Shown here one piece after another: positions 26,811-26,941 of a stretch of DNA of 26,941 nt (positions within the stretch are counted from its first letter, which is position 1; each line of letters begins with the position of its first letter). Under the pieces are notes generated by a model that did no database searches, was not told where the DNA came from, and saw only the letters and a list, made by a program, of their open reading frames with translations. The DNA is taken from assembly GCA_023205875.1 (NCBI GenBank), contig CP060760.1:806001-832941 (forward strand), written 5' to 3'. This DNA is from Chloropicon primus (taxonomy: Eukaryota). Position numbers and translations under genes: made by a program.

Positions 26811-26941
26811 TAGGTTTAGGCTTGTAGGTTTTAGGTAGGTTAGGGGGCTTAGGCCTTAGGCCTTAGGCCTTAGGCCCAGGCTTAGGCCTTAGGCCCAGGC
26901 CCAGGCCAGGCTTAGGCTTAGGCCTTAGGTAGGCCCAGGCC
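26810..26941 (+). repeat. Degenerate telomere-like satellite (TTAGG, TTTTAGG, TTAGGC, TTAGGCC, CCAGGC units); putative subtelomere
   Basis: Continuous array of TAGG/CAGG-core units to the window end, with the G-rich strand oriented outward. Confidence 0.75.

Noticed and set aside
1..26941. CRISPR arrays, tRNA/rRNA genes, transposase or reverse transcriptase genes
   Set aside because: No repeat-spacer pattern, cloverleaf or mobile-element motif was seen; repeats are microsatellites or the duplications listed.

Overview
Gene-dense, intron-poor eukaryotic nuclear DNA. GT-AG introns with CTGAC branch points, TGTAA poly(A) signals, a plastid translocator gene and microsatellite-rich spacers point to a compact green alga (Chloropicon-like; organism is inferred). 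I can support 13 protein genes. In order: (1) 5' part of a KCNH/plant-Shaker-like K+ channel running off the left edge, missed by the ORF track; (2) USP36/UBP23-like deubiquitinase; (3) an unusual type-II membrane-anchored Pol-beta-fold (GlnD/DUF294-like) nucleotidyltransferase; (4) RPB5; (5, 6) two tandem PAS-containing guanylate cyclases; (7) U-box cyclophilin PPIL2; (8) Notchless; (9) a three-exon small putative thylakoid protein; (10) Nup43-like WD40 protein; (11) DAACS/SLC1 transporter; (12) bacterial-type tRNA nucleotidyltransferase; (13) plastid PEP/phosphate translocator. The right end degrades into duplicated segments and TTAGG-based repeats suggestive of a subtelomere. Top leads: the anchored nucleotidyltransferase, a 212-bp perfectly identical tract shared by the otherwise divergent cyclase paralogs, a tRNA nucleotidyltransferase with the loop deletion typical of CC-adding enzymes, and the NMNGT variant of the SLC1 NMDGT motif.
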